Below are positions 31,537 to 44,200 of a stretch of DNA of 64,000 bases, piece after piece. This DNA is from Amphiscolops sp. MND2022. Lineage: Eukaryota. Numbering within the stretch: the stretch's first letter is position 1; each line of letters starts with the position of its first letter. The notes below the pieces were generated by a model that was not told the origin of the DNA, searched no databases, and saw only the letters and a program-made list of their open reading frames with translations. The stretch spans positions 45,758,001 to 45,822,000 of the forward strand of contig OZ076409.1 in the NCBI GenBank assembly GCA_964187785.1, given 5' to 3'. Position numbers and translations under genes: made by a program.

Positions 31537-33240
31537 CGGGTGGGCGGAAATAGGTCGAAGAAACGGGATCGAAAATCAGAGTTAGTCCTCAGGTCGACAA
31601 TACCAAATTTTTGAATGGGATCGAAACAACTCGGATCGAAACTTTCATAACGTAGTCAGATATGTTCACATACCCCTAGTGCCCTGAATGCAGGAGCGAA
31701 GAGAAGCGGAGCGACGTGACATATGGCCATGCCTCAATGTTGCTACTTGGCGAAGGGAGCGAAGCGACCGAGCCATACAACAAATTCGACCGCATTCTAT
31801 TCGATCCCTGTAATTCGATCAGAAGGTTCGACCTCAGTCCTTTCGACCAGAAAAATTCGACCTATTTACAGCCACCCGCGGCGGACGTTTCGGCAAAAAA
31901 AATCTGTCGAAACGTCTCAGGCTAAAAACATTTACCGAAACGTTTCGTATGATATGTGGGGCTTATCCGGTGTATGCACTCTCGCCCTTACCGTCGCAAA
32001 GACCAGCTCCCACTACGATCGCTTCGCGATCTCCGTTCCCGCTAGGTCTTTGCTTCAGTTCGACCTCGCTTAGCAAGATGAGAATATAAGCGGCCCCAAG
32101 GGGCGGCGGAGCACTAGAGGAAATGGGGACATATCCGAGGCACGCTTTATGCTTTCCATCATTCCTACAATAATGATCTTATATCACTTTTAGTTTTAGA
32201 TCCTAATTGACTTGTTTTTTTTTCTTGAATTAGATCAAATTAGAAAAGATTTTTAGACCTGATTATTTATATCAATTTATTTAGATCTCAGTTTTGCCCC
32301 CTCTCTTAGATCTTTTTCATTAGACCTGATTCCACGTAGCTCCCTTTTTTGACTTTAGATATTATTCCCGCTGTATGGTATTTTAGGTGTGGCTGAAATA
32401 GGTCGAATTTTTCTGGTCGAAAGGACAGAGGTCGAACCTTTTGATCGAATTGCAGGGGTTGAATGGAATGCGGTCGAATTTTATCGTATTTGTTGTATGG
32501 CTCGGTCGCTTCGCTCCCTTCGCCAAGTAGCAACATTGAGGCATGGCCATATGGCACGTCGCTCTGCTTCGCTTCGCTCCTGCATTCAGGGCACTAGGGT
32601 ATGTGAACATATCTGACTACGTTATAAAAATTTCGATCCTCGTTGTGTTTTGTTCCCATTCAAAAATTTGGTATGTCGACCTGAGGACTAACTCTGATTT
32701 TCGATCCCGTTCGTTCGACCTATTTCCGCCCACCCGTATTTTAGTAACTAGTAACTATATAAATAGGAACAGGACGTTTCTAAAACTAGAAAGTGATATA
32801 AAGTATAAAACATCTCGGATATGTCCATATTTCCTCTAGTGCCCCTCGGCCCCTTGGGGCCGCTTAGATTCCCATCTTGCGAAGCGAAGTCGGACAGGAG
32901 CGAAGACCTAGCGGGAACGGAGATCGCGAAGCGATCGTAGTGGGAGCTGGTCTTTGCGACGGTGAGGGCGAGCGTGCATACATCGCATATGCCCCACATT
33001 TTATTTTCGCTTTCAGAACACATATTAGATCATAAAGGGGTTAGACCTAAGTATTTTAGATGAAATTATATCTGAAAGTTAGATCTAACAGTTAGATCTA
33101 ATTCCATTAGACCTAAGCAATTAGATCAAAGGCGTACACTCCAAAAAAGGGAATAAGATCTAAAGGGAATAAGTTCTAAAATGAATAAGATCTAAAATCA
33201 CTAAGTTTTAGATCTTAATCTTTAGATCCTATTCCCACTC
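31537..33240. repeat. Composite non-coding repeat: modules A (31537-31868) and B (31953-32140) recur inverted at 32396-32736 and 32814-33000, with (t)tagatc-rich arrays between and after
   Basis: Reverse-complement matches seen directly; both strands give MPYGHASMLLLGEGSEATEPYNK-like and LALTVAKTSSHYDRFAIS-like translations. Module B also occurs at 50742-50890. Confidence 0.85.
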
Positions 33241-33460
33241 CCAAAATAGTTATGGCTCAGTTTATGAAGGCGAACAGGGCGGAAAATATCACGGTGCTTA
33301 GCGGGCGTCTTGTGACATTTCATTAGTCAAATTCACAGAATAGGACCCATAAATATAGTACCAATAATCAGCTGGCGTGTTTTTTTTCAGATCAAATGGA
33401 AAAAGGTTTGAAAACCACATGCCTTAAGTATTTCAAACCGGCAAGTGAAACAAAAACCTT

Positions 33461-36400
33461 ATGGAAACCAAAGTTCTCGAACAAGATCAAAGTATCCAGC
33501 TTTTTCTTTCTCCACTCACTGCTTCAATCAAAACCTATCTTCTCGCTACTATGATCTTCCCTATCTCCAGTTTTCTTCAATTCTCTTTTGATGATTATGT
33601 TGCCTTCTGGTATCAAGTGTTTATGAATGCAATCAAGGCATCCTGTCGTTGCAAAACTAACAGGAGACTTAAGTTTCCATATTTCTAATCCTCTCACTCT
33701 ATACATATGATTATTAAGCTCCGCACAGCTGCCAAAAACAATATTGAACCAACATATTAGAAGAAGTTGAAGGACGACATACAAGTCTATCAAACTGGAC
33801 AAAACTATCTTGATTGAGAGTCTGTCACCCAATTCGACTCGCTCTTGCTTCAAGTACCGCCCATTCTCTGTTAATCATTTACCTAACCAGATGCATTGGA
33901 AACATATCAAAACTAGCACCAATATTCATATCGCTAACCTCTTCAATTACTACTTCAGCTCTGTATACCAAACAAGCAACTCACAATTCTTACCAATAGC
34001 TGAAAATCCGCTAGTGTTTCTTCAGGATATGACAGTCGAAATTTCGATGGTTGAAGCATTACTTTCCAGTGCATCCTCTAATTGTTCGAGCTCTGATCCT
34101 GTTCCCACGTTCGTTTTTAACTCCTGTCCTGGCCTACTAGCACCTCTTGTCACCCAGCTTTTTAATACCATTATCAAATCAAAACAGTGGCCTGATTTCT
34201 GGAAATGTTCTACCACAAAGCCAATTCTCAAATCTGGTAATCCCGAAAATGTGGAAAATTATCGTCCAATTAGCAATTTGCCTCAATTATCCTTAATTCT
34301 TGGAAAAAACAAGTTTCGTTTCATTTATTCCCAAATATGACCATTGATCTGTGACCAATAACATAGTTTTTTTAAAAAAAATCGTTCAACAGTTACGCAA
34401 TTACTCCCTTATCTTGACCAATTGTATCTTCAACTTGATGTGAATGAACCCAGCTTCTCAGTCTATTTTGATTTTTCCAAATCCTTTGACCTGGTCTCTC
34501 ATCACAAACTCCTACAGAAATTGGCTTATTTCAATTTTGACTCCGATTTCTTGGTGCTTTTTGAATCTTATCCAAATCAAAGATCTCAAATGGTATACGT
34601 AAATGGGTGTCTTTCTGATTCTGCAAAAATTACAAGTGGTGTTCCTCCGGGGAGCGTGCTCGGCCCCCTTCTATTTCTTATCTTCATTAACGATCTACCC
34701 AAAACAGTGCAAAAATCCTCGAGTTACTTGTTTGCCGATGACAGTAAATTTCACTCAGTCTTGACAACTTCTGATATGCAGCATGATATCAACGGTTTTC
34801 TTTACTGGTCGAGCGAAATCCTAATGAGATTCAATATTGACAAATGCAACGTTATCTCCTTCAAAAATAGAGAACCAATAGGCCCGTTCTTCCTGGATGG
34901 CAACGAACTACCAGTTGTAAATACTATCAAAGCCAGGGGTATCATGGTTTCTGACAACTTATCCTGGGACAATCATATTCAAACTAAATTAATTGCAGCT
35001 AGGAAGTCTTTCCAGTTTTTGAAACCAAACATGCCTCGAAATGTTTGTACCCGTACAAAGCTACTTTACTATCGTCTTTGTGTACTGAGTGTCTTGCTAT
35101 ATGGTACCCTTCGTTGATTTACAGACGTAAATTGGAATTATTCAACATGAATTGCCTGAAATGGGTTACTGGTTTATCGAACTATCTTGAACAACTTGCT
35201 GCAACATACACACTTCCAATTTGGTTCTGTCTTGTTTTCCAAGACATGCTTTTCCTCAATAAGACCATCCATGGCAAATATGACCTAAATATTAAAGACT
35301 TTATGTGTTTTAGCCATCCTGCTAAAGATCTCAGAAGCTCCAAATTCATCCATCTTTCTCCAGTAAAGCCCTGTCACAAATTCAAAACCCAGGAATCTTA
35401 CTTCCATAGAATCTGCTGCTACTGGAAAAAATGCTGTTTCGTTGGTTTCAGTTGACGGCCGGTTACCGATTTGGCCCAGATTTCTGAGGGGGACAAAGAA
35501 ATTAAAAAACACAACGAATTTTGACCTGCCTCAGAAATCTGGGTCAGTTTGCTTTGCTGTGAGATGAAAATCGGAGTACCGAAAGAATTTCATCAAATTT
35601 TAGAGATATCAGAAAGTTTTCCACTGTTTCAAGACATTTGTTCAGCAGTTTCAAGTTTCAAGTCACTAGTTTTCATTGATCAGTATTCATTCATGAGTTT
35701 TCATTCATGCGGAATTTGGAAGTCACTTTCAACTTCCTCGGGGGTGGCGTTGCTGACGTTCCACAATCTGACCAATTTTTTGACAGGGCGCATCAAAACT
35801 GCCTTCTTGGCCATAATTTTAGCAGACCTTGCCACTCCCTTGCTGTCATAGTGAAGCTCGCACACTCGGGCCAAAGGGTAGTTTCCGCGTGGTGAGTGAC
35901 TCTCCACAAGCCACACTAGCTCTCCTTTTGCTAAGGGCTCAGTAGTCTCTGTCCATTTGTGTCGAAGATTTAGGGTTGGCACGTATTCTTTGAGCCAACG
36001 TGTTCATAGGGCGTCTGCATAATGTTGAGCTTGCTGGTATACTCGGCGTTGGTGTGCGTGATGTGGTTCTCGGGCAAAAACTGCGGGCTGAAAGACTTCT
36101 CCACAATTGAGGATTTTATTGGGAGACAAGGCATTCAGATCTGTTGGATCAGAGCTTGCAGGAACGAGAGGTCTGGAATTCATTGCTTGCTCTACTAAGC
36201 AAATTGAGGTGCTGAGAACTTCTTCTTTCACTTTGCTTGATCCGAGAACGGTGAAAAGTATCCTCTTGCATGACTTGATTGGGTTTCCCAAGCTCCTCCT
36301 TGATTGGGTGCTGATGGAGTATTGAATTTCCACTTTATACGGCGCTGGGCACATTTTTCTTGAAGGGCTGGCGTTTCTATGGTGCTGACTTCTTTGCTGG

Positions 36401-39400
36401 CACTGACAAAGTTGGTTCCATTGTCTGACCAGAAAGTATCAGGTCGACCTCTGACGGGCCACGAATCTGACAGTTGCCATCATGCGTGAGCTGGTGTTCA
36501 GACTATGGAGAACTTCTAGGTGGATTGCTCTGGTTGTTAGGCAGGTAAATATTATTATACATCTTTTTTCAGTTGCTCGTCGGACGGTCACATGTAGAGG
36601 TCCAAAACAGTCGAGACCTGTGTTGGTAAATGCGGGCTTCCTGTATGCCAAGCGTTCAGTCGGTAGATCGGGCATCAGGGGTTGGAGACATTTTGCTCTT
36701 CTACGGCGGCAGAACAAACGTTCGGATTCCAGTTTCCTAAGGGCTGACCTAAGGCGGAGTACTGCATAATCTTGTTGAATTACGGAGCGGTATCCTACCC
36801 CTTTATGAAGATGAATCTGATGTAAGTGTTGCAAAAATACGCATACCGCAGGGTGTGGGTTGTCCAAAATGATTGGATGTTTTACTTCGAAAGGTGCTTC
36901 TTTCATTCGTGATGTGCGATCAGTTGATCGCAGAGGGTTATCGGATCCTAGGAAGGGATTGAACTTGATGATACGGCTACATCTCGAGAGATTTTGATTC
37001 TTCCGTAGGTGTTTGAGTTCCTCGGCAAAAGATTCCTTCTGAGAAAGAATGAAAATTCGCTTCTCGGCCGCTAAGTATTCTTCAGGGTGTAAAAGTTTCG
37101 TAGTTTGTCGGAACACATAATGACTTTGCAGTAGGCGCAAAATGTATGCAAAAACTCGTATTAGTTTATTGTAGTTGCTAAAACGATTCCACGGAATCAC
37201 TTGTGGCTTATAATTAGCTTGAAGCGCGGCAGTAACTATTTCTCTGGGCATCGTAGGTGCTGAATGTCGTTTCTCTCTCTCTTCTTCTTTTTCTTCTTCT
37301 TCTTTTTCTTCTTCTTCTTCTTCTGATTCTTTCAAACATGTTTTCTCTGAATACGAAATTTCTCCTGCTTGGAACTGAGAGTTGGGATTTGTGGCTGGGG
37401 AAATCGTTGAAACTTCAAAATCTGGTATGAACTCTTCTCTCAAAAAGGATGGACCATGAATCCACGAACAATTATTGAGTCTGTTTGCAGGGAATCCCCT
37501 GGTAGAACAGTCGGCAGGGTTCAGGCTACCAGGAACAAACTTCCATTGGTCCACTGATGTAAGCTCTAGAATCACTGAAAAGCAATTTGCGACGAAAACT
37601 GGGTGCTTTGAAGCAGAACTTCAAATCCATTGGCAAACAGTGGTACTGTCGGTCCACAGGTTGACTTTGTTGATAGACATCGTTAGTGAATCTTCGACGA
37701 AACGTTTCAAACGCGATGCGAGCAAAGCAGCTTGAAGTTCTAGTTTGGGAATAGTTAGCAGTTTCATTGGGGCCACTCTGGCTTTTCCAATTATGAAAGC
37801 TGTCTGGCTTGTTTCATCTCCCTTACTAGCTGACTGTCGAAGGTAGGCGACTGCGGCGAAGGCTTCAGCTGACGCATTGCTAAAAACATGAAGCTCGTAT
37901 TGTCCGTTCGGCTTACTGAAAAAGGCTCTGGGTACTGCAATTTTTGAAATGTTCTCAAGTTCAGAACACCATTCCAGGAACTTTGATTGTGAATATTCGG
38001 GTATTTTTTCGTCCCATTGTTAACCGGTGCTCTTCCAGAGTTGTTTCAAGAGTAGACGAGCTCGTATGGTGATTGAGACAATTAGTCCGATGGGATCAAA
38101 AACTGAAGATACGGTACTAAGAACAAGTTGCTGGGTAATTGTCTTTCCGATCAAGTCTGGAGTAGTTCCACGACTAACAATCAGGGTGTCTTGATCGGTA
38201 TTCCAACGCAAACCTAGCACGGATGGGTTTGCTGGAGTTGCGGGTGATACTATTGAGGCTGAACTTGGACAATCTTCGCATCGCTTGTTTTTTGTTGACT
38301 CGGGCCACGTGGCATGTTTGACTTCTGACGGTAAATAGTTGACTGCGTCTCCCAATGACATCTTTTCCACTGCTGTTAGGTTTTCCATTGCTTTAACTTT
38401 TAACGTACTATGTCTTGTAGTGTGGTATCTCGGACTGGCTTGAGATACTTTAGAGGATCCAAGTTGAGTGGATTTGCTGGTTATCTGTCGTGGGGATGAC
38501 ATCGTGTTTCTTCGGGTTTTGTCTATATCTTCTTCTATCGAGCTGGAAGGAGACAATTGTGTTTGTCGGTTGTGATGTAAATCGGCGAAAATGTTGAGGC
38601 GGTCTGCTAGCAGTGGGGCATTGCTGATCCACTTGGTTAGCTTGAAGCCGCCAATTGAAAGGAGTTGGATGAGATCTTTCGCTAGTGACTCAATTCCTTC
38701 CAAAGTTGGACGCGAAGCTAAATAATCATCTATGTAAAAATTTTGTTTCACAGCGATTGCTGCTTCAGGAAACTTGGCTGCGTTGTCCACGCCAGTTCTG
38801 TTCAAGGCGTAGTTGGCGCAAGTTGGGCTGTCATTTGCACCAAAGATGTGACGTGTGTACTGGTAGACTTTGATTACTTCTGAAGGAGTTTCTCTCCAGA
38901 GGAATCGTAAAGACGGTTGGTCCTTTTCTGGTACTCCTACTTGAAGGAACATTCCTTCTATGTCAGCTGTGACGGCATATTGGTGTTGTCGAAACCTTAA
39001 CAAAATTTGTAGCAAATTTTGCAGAAGAACAGGTCCACGAAGAAGGGCTGAGTTTAGCGAAACATCGCGGAATTTTGCGGCTCCATTTAGTACTCGACCA
39101 ACTTTGTCCGGTTTGAGCAGGTAATGTACTGGATGGTGAGGTAAATACCATTGACGAGAAGACGTTGTTTCAAAAATTTCTGCAGATGGTACTTCTATCA
39201 CGTATTCTTTCTGTATGTCTTCTTTGATTGTGCTGGCATATCTTTCTTTCAGAGCTGGGTCTCGGTCAAAGCGTTTCTCCAAAGATCGAAGCTGTGCTAA
39301 GGCGTAGTAATAATTGTTCGGCAAAGGGACGCTTCAGAAGACCACAACTTTCCCACGACGTAGCGGCTTCCATCGTGATATGTTGTAGCTTCCAAAATCT

Positions 39401-41180
39401 TCAAGGCATTTTGATTTTCCAATGAGCGTGAGTCACCAGTTTTGCTGGAATCATATGACTCTAGTTCCCACCAATGTTGAACCTGGTTGGCTAGGTGTTG
39501 ATCTTCAGTGGTGACGGCTTTAAAGGTGGAACATTCGTTCAAGGCTTGATTGGATACAGGACCACTCAGGACCCAGCCAAGGGCTGTGCGCACTGCGATA
39601 GGTTGGTTGGACTGACCGGCTCTGTATTAAAGTGGTTGGATGCACTCGTAGGCATCTTGACCAAGAAGTAGGACAACGTCTTGGTAGTTGACGACGACGT
39701 TCCGCAACAGTTTCAGCTTTTGATATGTCTTTTTCAAGGATGTGACATTATATGAATCCTTACCAATGCTGAGGTTGGCTTTTGTGTAAGCGTAGACTTC
39801 ATGTGGGGAAAGTTGCATATCACTAGGATGTGCTGCGGTGACGTTGAAAAATACGCGTCTTGTTGGTAAGTCTTCTTCGTTGTTGATGCCAAAAAGTCGA
39901 ATGGTCTGCTCTTCTCCGGGCAGACCGAGTTCTTCGGCAACGTTTTCAACAATCCAAGTTTGGGTACTTCCAAAATCCAGCATCGCAAGGACTCTTCGAT
40001 TTCTACCCTTATACGAGATGGTAACTTCTGCTATCTGAGAAGACTTTTACAAGTTTTTGCGGCTGCGATTGTAGCGTTCTTCGATGAAGGTTCTTCTGTA
40101 TTTTGAAGCTGCGGTCCTGATGATGTTGACTTTGAGAACACGCGTTCTGCCCCTTGAAGCAAAACACTGTGAGAGCTTTTGCATCCTTGTTTTGGACACG
40201 AGTATTTTGTAGGACATTGGCGGAATGAATGTGTTCCTTGTAGACATGAGAAACACAGTTGTGTCTCCACTGCAAACCTGTTGCGTTCGTTTGGAGTTTG
40301 GTTGTTAGTTTTCAATTGTTTTTCAACTTGAACATATCGTCCAACCCGCCTGACATAGGACAAGAGCCTTTCTTGTGCCTCTTCGAGCTCCTCGTTTAGT
40401 AAGTTACTGCTTCGCAGCAGTTTTTTTGACATAATGAATTTTGTAACTTGATTTGAACTATGGTTTAAAATTGGAAAAATTAAAAAAAACCTTCGCACGT
40501 GAAGCGTGCTTTTTTGGAACGAGCTCACCGGGTTAGTGTAGATGACAAAACTCCAGAGGACGACAGCTCCAAACTGCTAAAAAGGTCCGAAGGGAACTTC
40601 ACACTAGTCGCGGCACCATGGAAAAAATGCTGTTTTGTTGGTTTCAGTTGACGGCCGGTTATTTTTGAGGGGGACAAAGAAATTAAAAAACACAAGGAAT
40701 TTTGACTCGTCTCAGAAATCTGGGTCAGTTTGCTTTGCTGTGAGATGAAAACCGGAGTAATGAAGGAATTTCATCAAATTTTTGAGATATCAGAAAGTTT
40801 TCAACAGTTTCAAGACATTTGTTCAGCTGTTTCAAGTCTCAAACCACTAGTTTTCATTGATCTTTTTTCATTCATGAGTTTTCATTCATGCGGAATTTGG
40901 AAGTCACTTTCAACAGCTACTCTAACTACCTATCAGCAATCAATATTTCTGTCTTCGATAACTTCAACTGCTTCGGAAGAGACCTTTCTATTTACCTTTA
41001 TAATCGAGTGTCTTCTATTGACATAAATCGTTCATGCACTTGGTTTATTACGTGCTCTTTTAGCATCTGTCTTGCTTGAAACTTTACTTTTTACCCTGTA
41101 AAAGTAATTTATACCGCCTTTTAGAACATGCCTTTCGATACAAAGGGAATTAAATCTTTCAGTAGTAGCAGTAGTAGCAG
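33461..41180 (+). mobile_element. CR1/L2-group LINE ORF2 (5'-truncated, frameshifted), split by BEL-2: 33461-35422 and 40921-41180
   Basis: NYRPISNL, YFDFSKSFDLVSH, SGVPPGSVLGPLLFLIFINDL, LFADD, SDNLSWDNHI. Reading HRICCY|SNYLS...RSCTWFITCSFSIC resumes after the BEL-2 TSD. Confidence 0.9.
35423..40915 (-). mobile_element. BEL/Pao LTR retrotransposon BEL-2 with both LTRs, TSD and PBS; gag partly deleted, pol frameshifted
   Basis: LTRs 35423-35734 and 40619-40915. TSD gctac (35418-22 / 40916-20). PBS tggtgccgcgactag next to the 5' LTR. Zn knuckles CFSC..H..C, protease LDFGS, RT YLPHHPV/YIDD, RNase H, integrase TCLTTRAIHLE, DUF5641-like end. Confidence 0.96.
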
Positions 41181-41242
41181 GAAATGTCCAAGTGGAAACG
41201 TGCTCAAAAATGGGATGGACCAATTTGCACAATAATATCAAG

Positions 41243-44200
41243 AGGTAATTCATACCAATGTGATTCATGTTCTATACTACAACTACTTCTGTGAACAAAT
41301 CACTTTTTGTGTAACGTTAAAAAGGAAACGTAAGTCTAAGTTACCACCACAAGTAACCACAATATTAATGGTGCCGCGAAAGAATCTCCAGAATCTCCAC
41401 ATCTCTTCTACAGACATTCAGAAGTTAAGTAGGTTCAACCTAAATACAATTTTAAGTTTCAGGTTTAGTTATTATGCCAGTCCCATTAGTCCGAAAGTTC
41501 TGCAGTTATCAGTCTTGTAGTTTTCATTCAAAAAGTTATCAAAAGCACTTTCATCTTCGGCGTCAGAATCTCAGCGAAAGTTAAGTTAATGCAACAGAAG
41601 TTCTTTTGCATTACAATTTGATCCAAAAATAGTTTCTCAAAGTTTGTTTTTTGTTTGATTAATTTTAAATTGGATGATGCAAACCCCTGATCGAGGGCGG
41701 CTTTCTGTGGTCTCTGTACACGTTATTTCAAAGAGGCGAAAACCATTATGGAAGGTCGTTCAATTAGTATTGATGATAATAACCGCCTCAGTCAGCTAAT
41801 CAGTCTTCTGGAAAAACGTTTGACTGAACTTCAAACAATTAATGAAAAGATCCACTCAAATCTGAATGTTGATAAGATTGAAGAGGCTATCGTGTTTTCC
41901 GCTGATTTGAATGATCAAATTTTTATCAATATCGATACCACAAAACGTTTCCTTGAAAGATTAAACCAAGAATCAGAATCCAGTACCCACCAAACAACAA
42001 CATGAACACATGTAAACGGTACTTCATCAGCTGCTAGAACCAACACGCGCCTACCAAAACTTAATTACCATCTTTCAGTGGAAATTGTAAACAGTGGACA
42101 TCTTTTTGTAACGTCCGGCTGGCGGCGCACATCTAGGAAGCGGGACAAAGCCTAGGGTGCTTGAACAGGAGACCGTTGTCTTACTACAGCCCTAGGCATT
42201 AGTTTTTCTACCAATATGGTCTCCCAGGGGGACTATTCACTATTCTGACGTCAAAAGGGGCTCCTCCGTTAGAACTCCGAGGCGATGCGTCGGCACTCTC
42301 AAAATCCGGACACGTCCCACGAGACTGTGAAAACGAGTCCTAAGGTTCCTCCTCATATCATACCGCACGTTAGGATTTTTTCATCGAAAAATTGTAACAT
42401 CGACTGCCTGACGTTACATCCTCCCTGGGGCCGTAGTTTGTCTTCCTCGACAAACGAGAGAGGGCATTCACGTCTTGGGTGTCAGCATCCAGGGGTACTG
42501 TTTCAGCAATATACCATTTCACGTATTCGAACTGAACTTGCTGTCCAAAAAAAAGTTACTGCCCAAAAACATGTTATTGTCCAAAAACATGAGTTTTTGC
42601 CAGCCTAGCAGGATTCTTTGGACTCCATACCAACAACGAGTTCTTGCACTGGATAAGTATTTGCAACTTTAGACACTTAGCATTGTATTCAAAACGTTTC
42701 AAACTTTTAGTTTCGCACTAAAATTATCAGCACTTTTTGTTACCGAATCTGTATAAATATAAAAAGCACTCATCACAACAGGTTTGGCATTGGCCAGATG
42801 CCCACCTGATAAATCAAGTTGTACAAAAATCCAAATAGCACTTGAAAAGCGAAAAATAAAAGTAAGCGCTGTGGTCTTGCAAAAGTGTGGTAGTTCATGG
42901 GTAACAGAAACTGCACAATAAATGGCACCAATGGGAAAACAGAGCTCAAAAATACAAACTATCACCAAACGTTAGCAGTGTACGCTCAGATAAAAGTATT
43001 GTTTTGGTAATATAAGCACCAGTGTATATGTAAGAGATGGAAATAAACTGCTTCTCAAGGGGAGATTATGTCGATAGCGATGATAGAGCAGATCCAATAA
43101 AAATCAAAAATCAGGCATGATAGATCATGAAAACAGTCTTGATCATTAAAAACAAGTTCCAGGACAATCATTGGAGTTTTAAAAGCACGGCCGCTAGCCA
43201 AGTTCTCAGAGCCTCGAAGCTCCAGGTGTTTTATCATGCTTGGCGTTGATTTCTCTCGGGAGTGTACAGGTACTCCCCGGGCCAATCTCTTGTCCGGTGT
43301 TTTCACATCGACATGGTTCGCACAACTGTGGTACCGAGAACCGAGTTACACATTAAGCATGAATCGAGCAACAAATACTGATTTTTTTGAGAAGCCTGCT
43401 TGGCTACAGATGCTAGATTGTCTGAAAAGTCCGTTTGTCTCTCACGCTGCCCTGATTCTGGGGCAAATGGGCACGTAAATGTGATCATGGACTGGGAATT
43501 GGCTTTGGGGGTGAATAGGAGGAAAAACACTGAGTTCGAAGTGACTTCTTGCCTTACGATTGTAGTACAATCAGAAAAAGCATTCTTTTTCAACTATCGT
43601 ATTCACTACTGTAATTTTTGTTCTGTTTTGAGACGCACTGCGTCCAAAGTCTGAACCTCTAAAAGTGCCTATAGACGGGCTTCAGCACCCACAGAGTACA
43701 CAAAGCACCAAGCATGAGTGTTGACAATGAACAACTTGCATTTAGGGGATTTTGATAGCAGTCAGCGACGAATTTCGATTTTTGGTTTTTCACCTTTATG
43801 TCTCGTAGACAGTTTTCTCAGAGACCCGAGATCTTAGGGTCGACTTAGCACTAATCAACTAATTCAGCAGGACGTACTGATGGTGCCGGGTATAGTAGTG
43901 GGGTCGTTTGGACCCCGTCTGGCACTTACACTGACAAAAAGTGTGCGATTTGTCTCAAGAAGTAACAGAATCAACAATTTTTTCGTCAACATGCACTTCC
44001 TGGGAAAGTGAAAATCACTTCTAGCGCTGCTAGCGACCTGAAAATTTGCCACCATATACTACACTAGTTGAGTCATGGGGAAACAACCTCTTATTGGGCC
44101 TAAACTGACTCAGTAGGTGTTACGGCCATTTAACAATGATCATTGAAAAATTGGCTATGTCGTGAAATTCACAGAAGCTTGTCAAACTAGCCTTCCAGGC

